NCBI GenBank assembly: GCA_027621385.1
Contig: JAQCBQ010000002.1
Location: forward strand, 1 to 37,395
Reading direction: 5' to 3'
Origin: Bacteroidota bacterium
GTDB taxonomy: Bacteria > Bacteroidota > Bacteroidia > CAIKAF01
DNA length: 37,395 nucleotides
The translations under genes were made by a program, and so were the position numbers. Below, in pieces: positions 37,222 to 37,395 of the stretch. Position 1 is the stretch's first letter; every line of letters starts with the position of its first letter. The notes beneath the pieces were generated by a model that saw nothing but the letters and a program-made list of their open reading frames with translations, made no database searches and was not told the DNA's origin.

Positions 37222-37395
37222 AATTTTTACCACAGAGGCCGCAAAGGCAACCGCAATGTCCGCAAAGGCGCCTCCAAACTCCTGCACCCCCTCGTTATTA
37301 TTACATTCCCTCTGTGAACTTGGCGCCGACTTGGAGCTTTGTGTTAAAAAAAATCAAGCCATACATGTTAATTTTTTACCGCATCCGAGTACAAC
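37222..37395. repeat. non-coding repeat-rich element (CACAGAGG / GCAAAGGC motifs), truncated by the window end
   Basis: GCAAAGGC occurs twice (37241-37248, 37262-37269) around GCAATGTC. CACAGAGG (37231-37238) is complementary to CCTCTGTG (37309-37316), and CTCCAA (37272-37277) to TTGGAG (37331-37336). AATTTTTACC at 37222 recurs as AATTTTTTACC at 37370. Confidence 0.4.

Noticed and set aside
1-37395. Search for CRISPR arrays, IS elements, integrases, toxin-antitoxin pairs, reverse transcriptases or obvious defence genes.
   Set aside because: None of the ORFs longer than 60 aa shows motifs of these classes, and there are no regularly spaced direct repeats. The window is core-genome-like apart from the repeats reported above.

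Overview
Gene-dense Bacteroidota-type chromosomal segment. The phylum call rests on T9SS components and cargo, the nadK-DUF6089-uppS-bamA-ompH-murI cluster, a non-canonical XRE/S24 LexA-like repressor, and TAnnTTTG -7 promoter boxes. Almost all of it is housekeeping: DUF2400, cmk, porQ, purB, mdh, galE, polA, crcB, dinB, nadK, uppS, bamA, ompH, murI, two SDR-type oxidoreductases, a PafA-like phosphatase, pdxH, a GT-C membrane protein, a PorZ-like protein and recO. There are also two large T9SS-secreted surface proteins. I saw no transposase, integrase, CRISPR array, tRNA or rRNA. The most unusual signal is non-coding. Four GC-rich intergenic elements of about 160-190 nt lie at 2730-2905(-), 4321-4508(+), 17795-17980(-) and 27172-27341(+). 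They share near-invariant sequence blocks, but each copy carries its own unrelated pair of self-complementary arms of about 26-33 nt. The closing helix also changes in a compensatory way between copies. This looks like a structured RNA or DNA element family that I cannot assign to any known class. Two copies bracket purB in inverted orientation. Other points are an in-frame TAA inside the 5'-nuclease domain of polA, a divergent dinB / LexA-like SOS-type module with TGTA/TACA half-sites, a GT-C plus PorZ-like operon, and a second kind of repeat-rich non-coding element at the 3' edge of the window. All alignments and pairings were done by eye and need computational confirmation.
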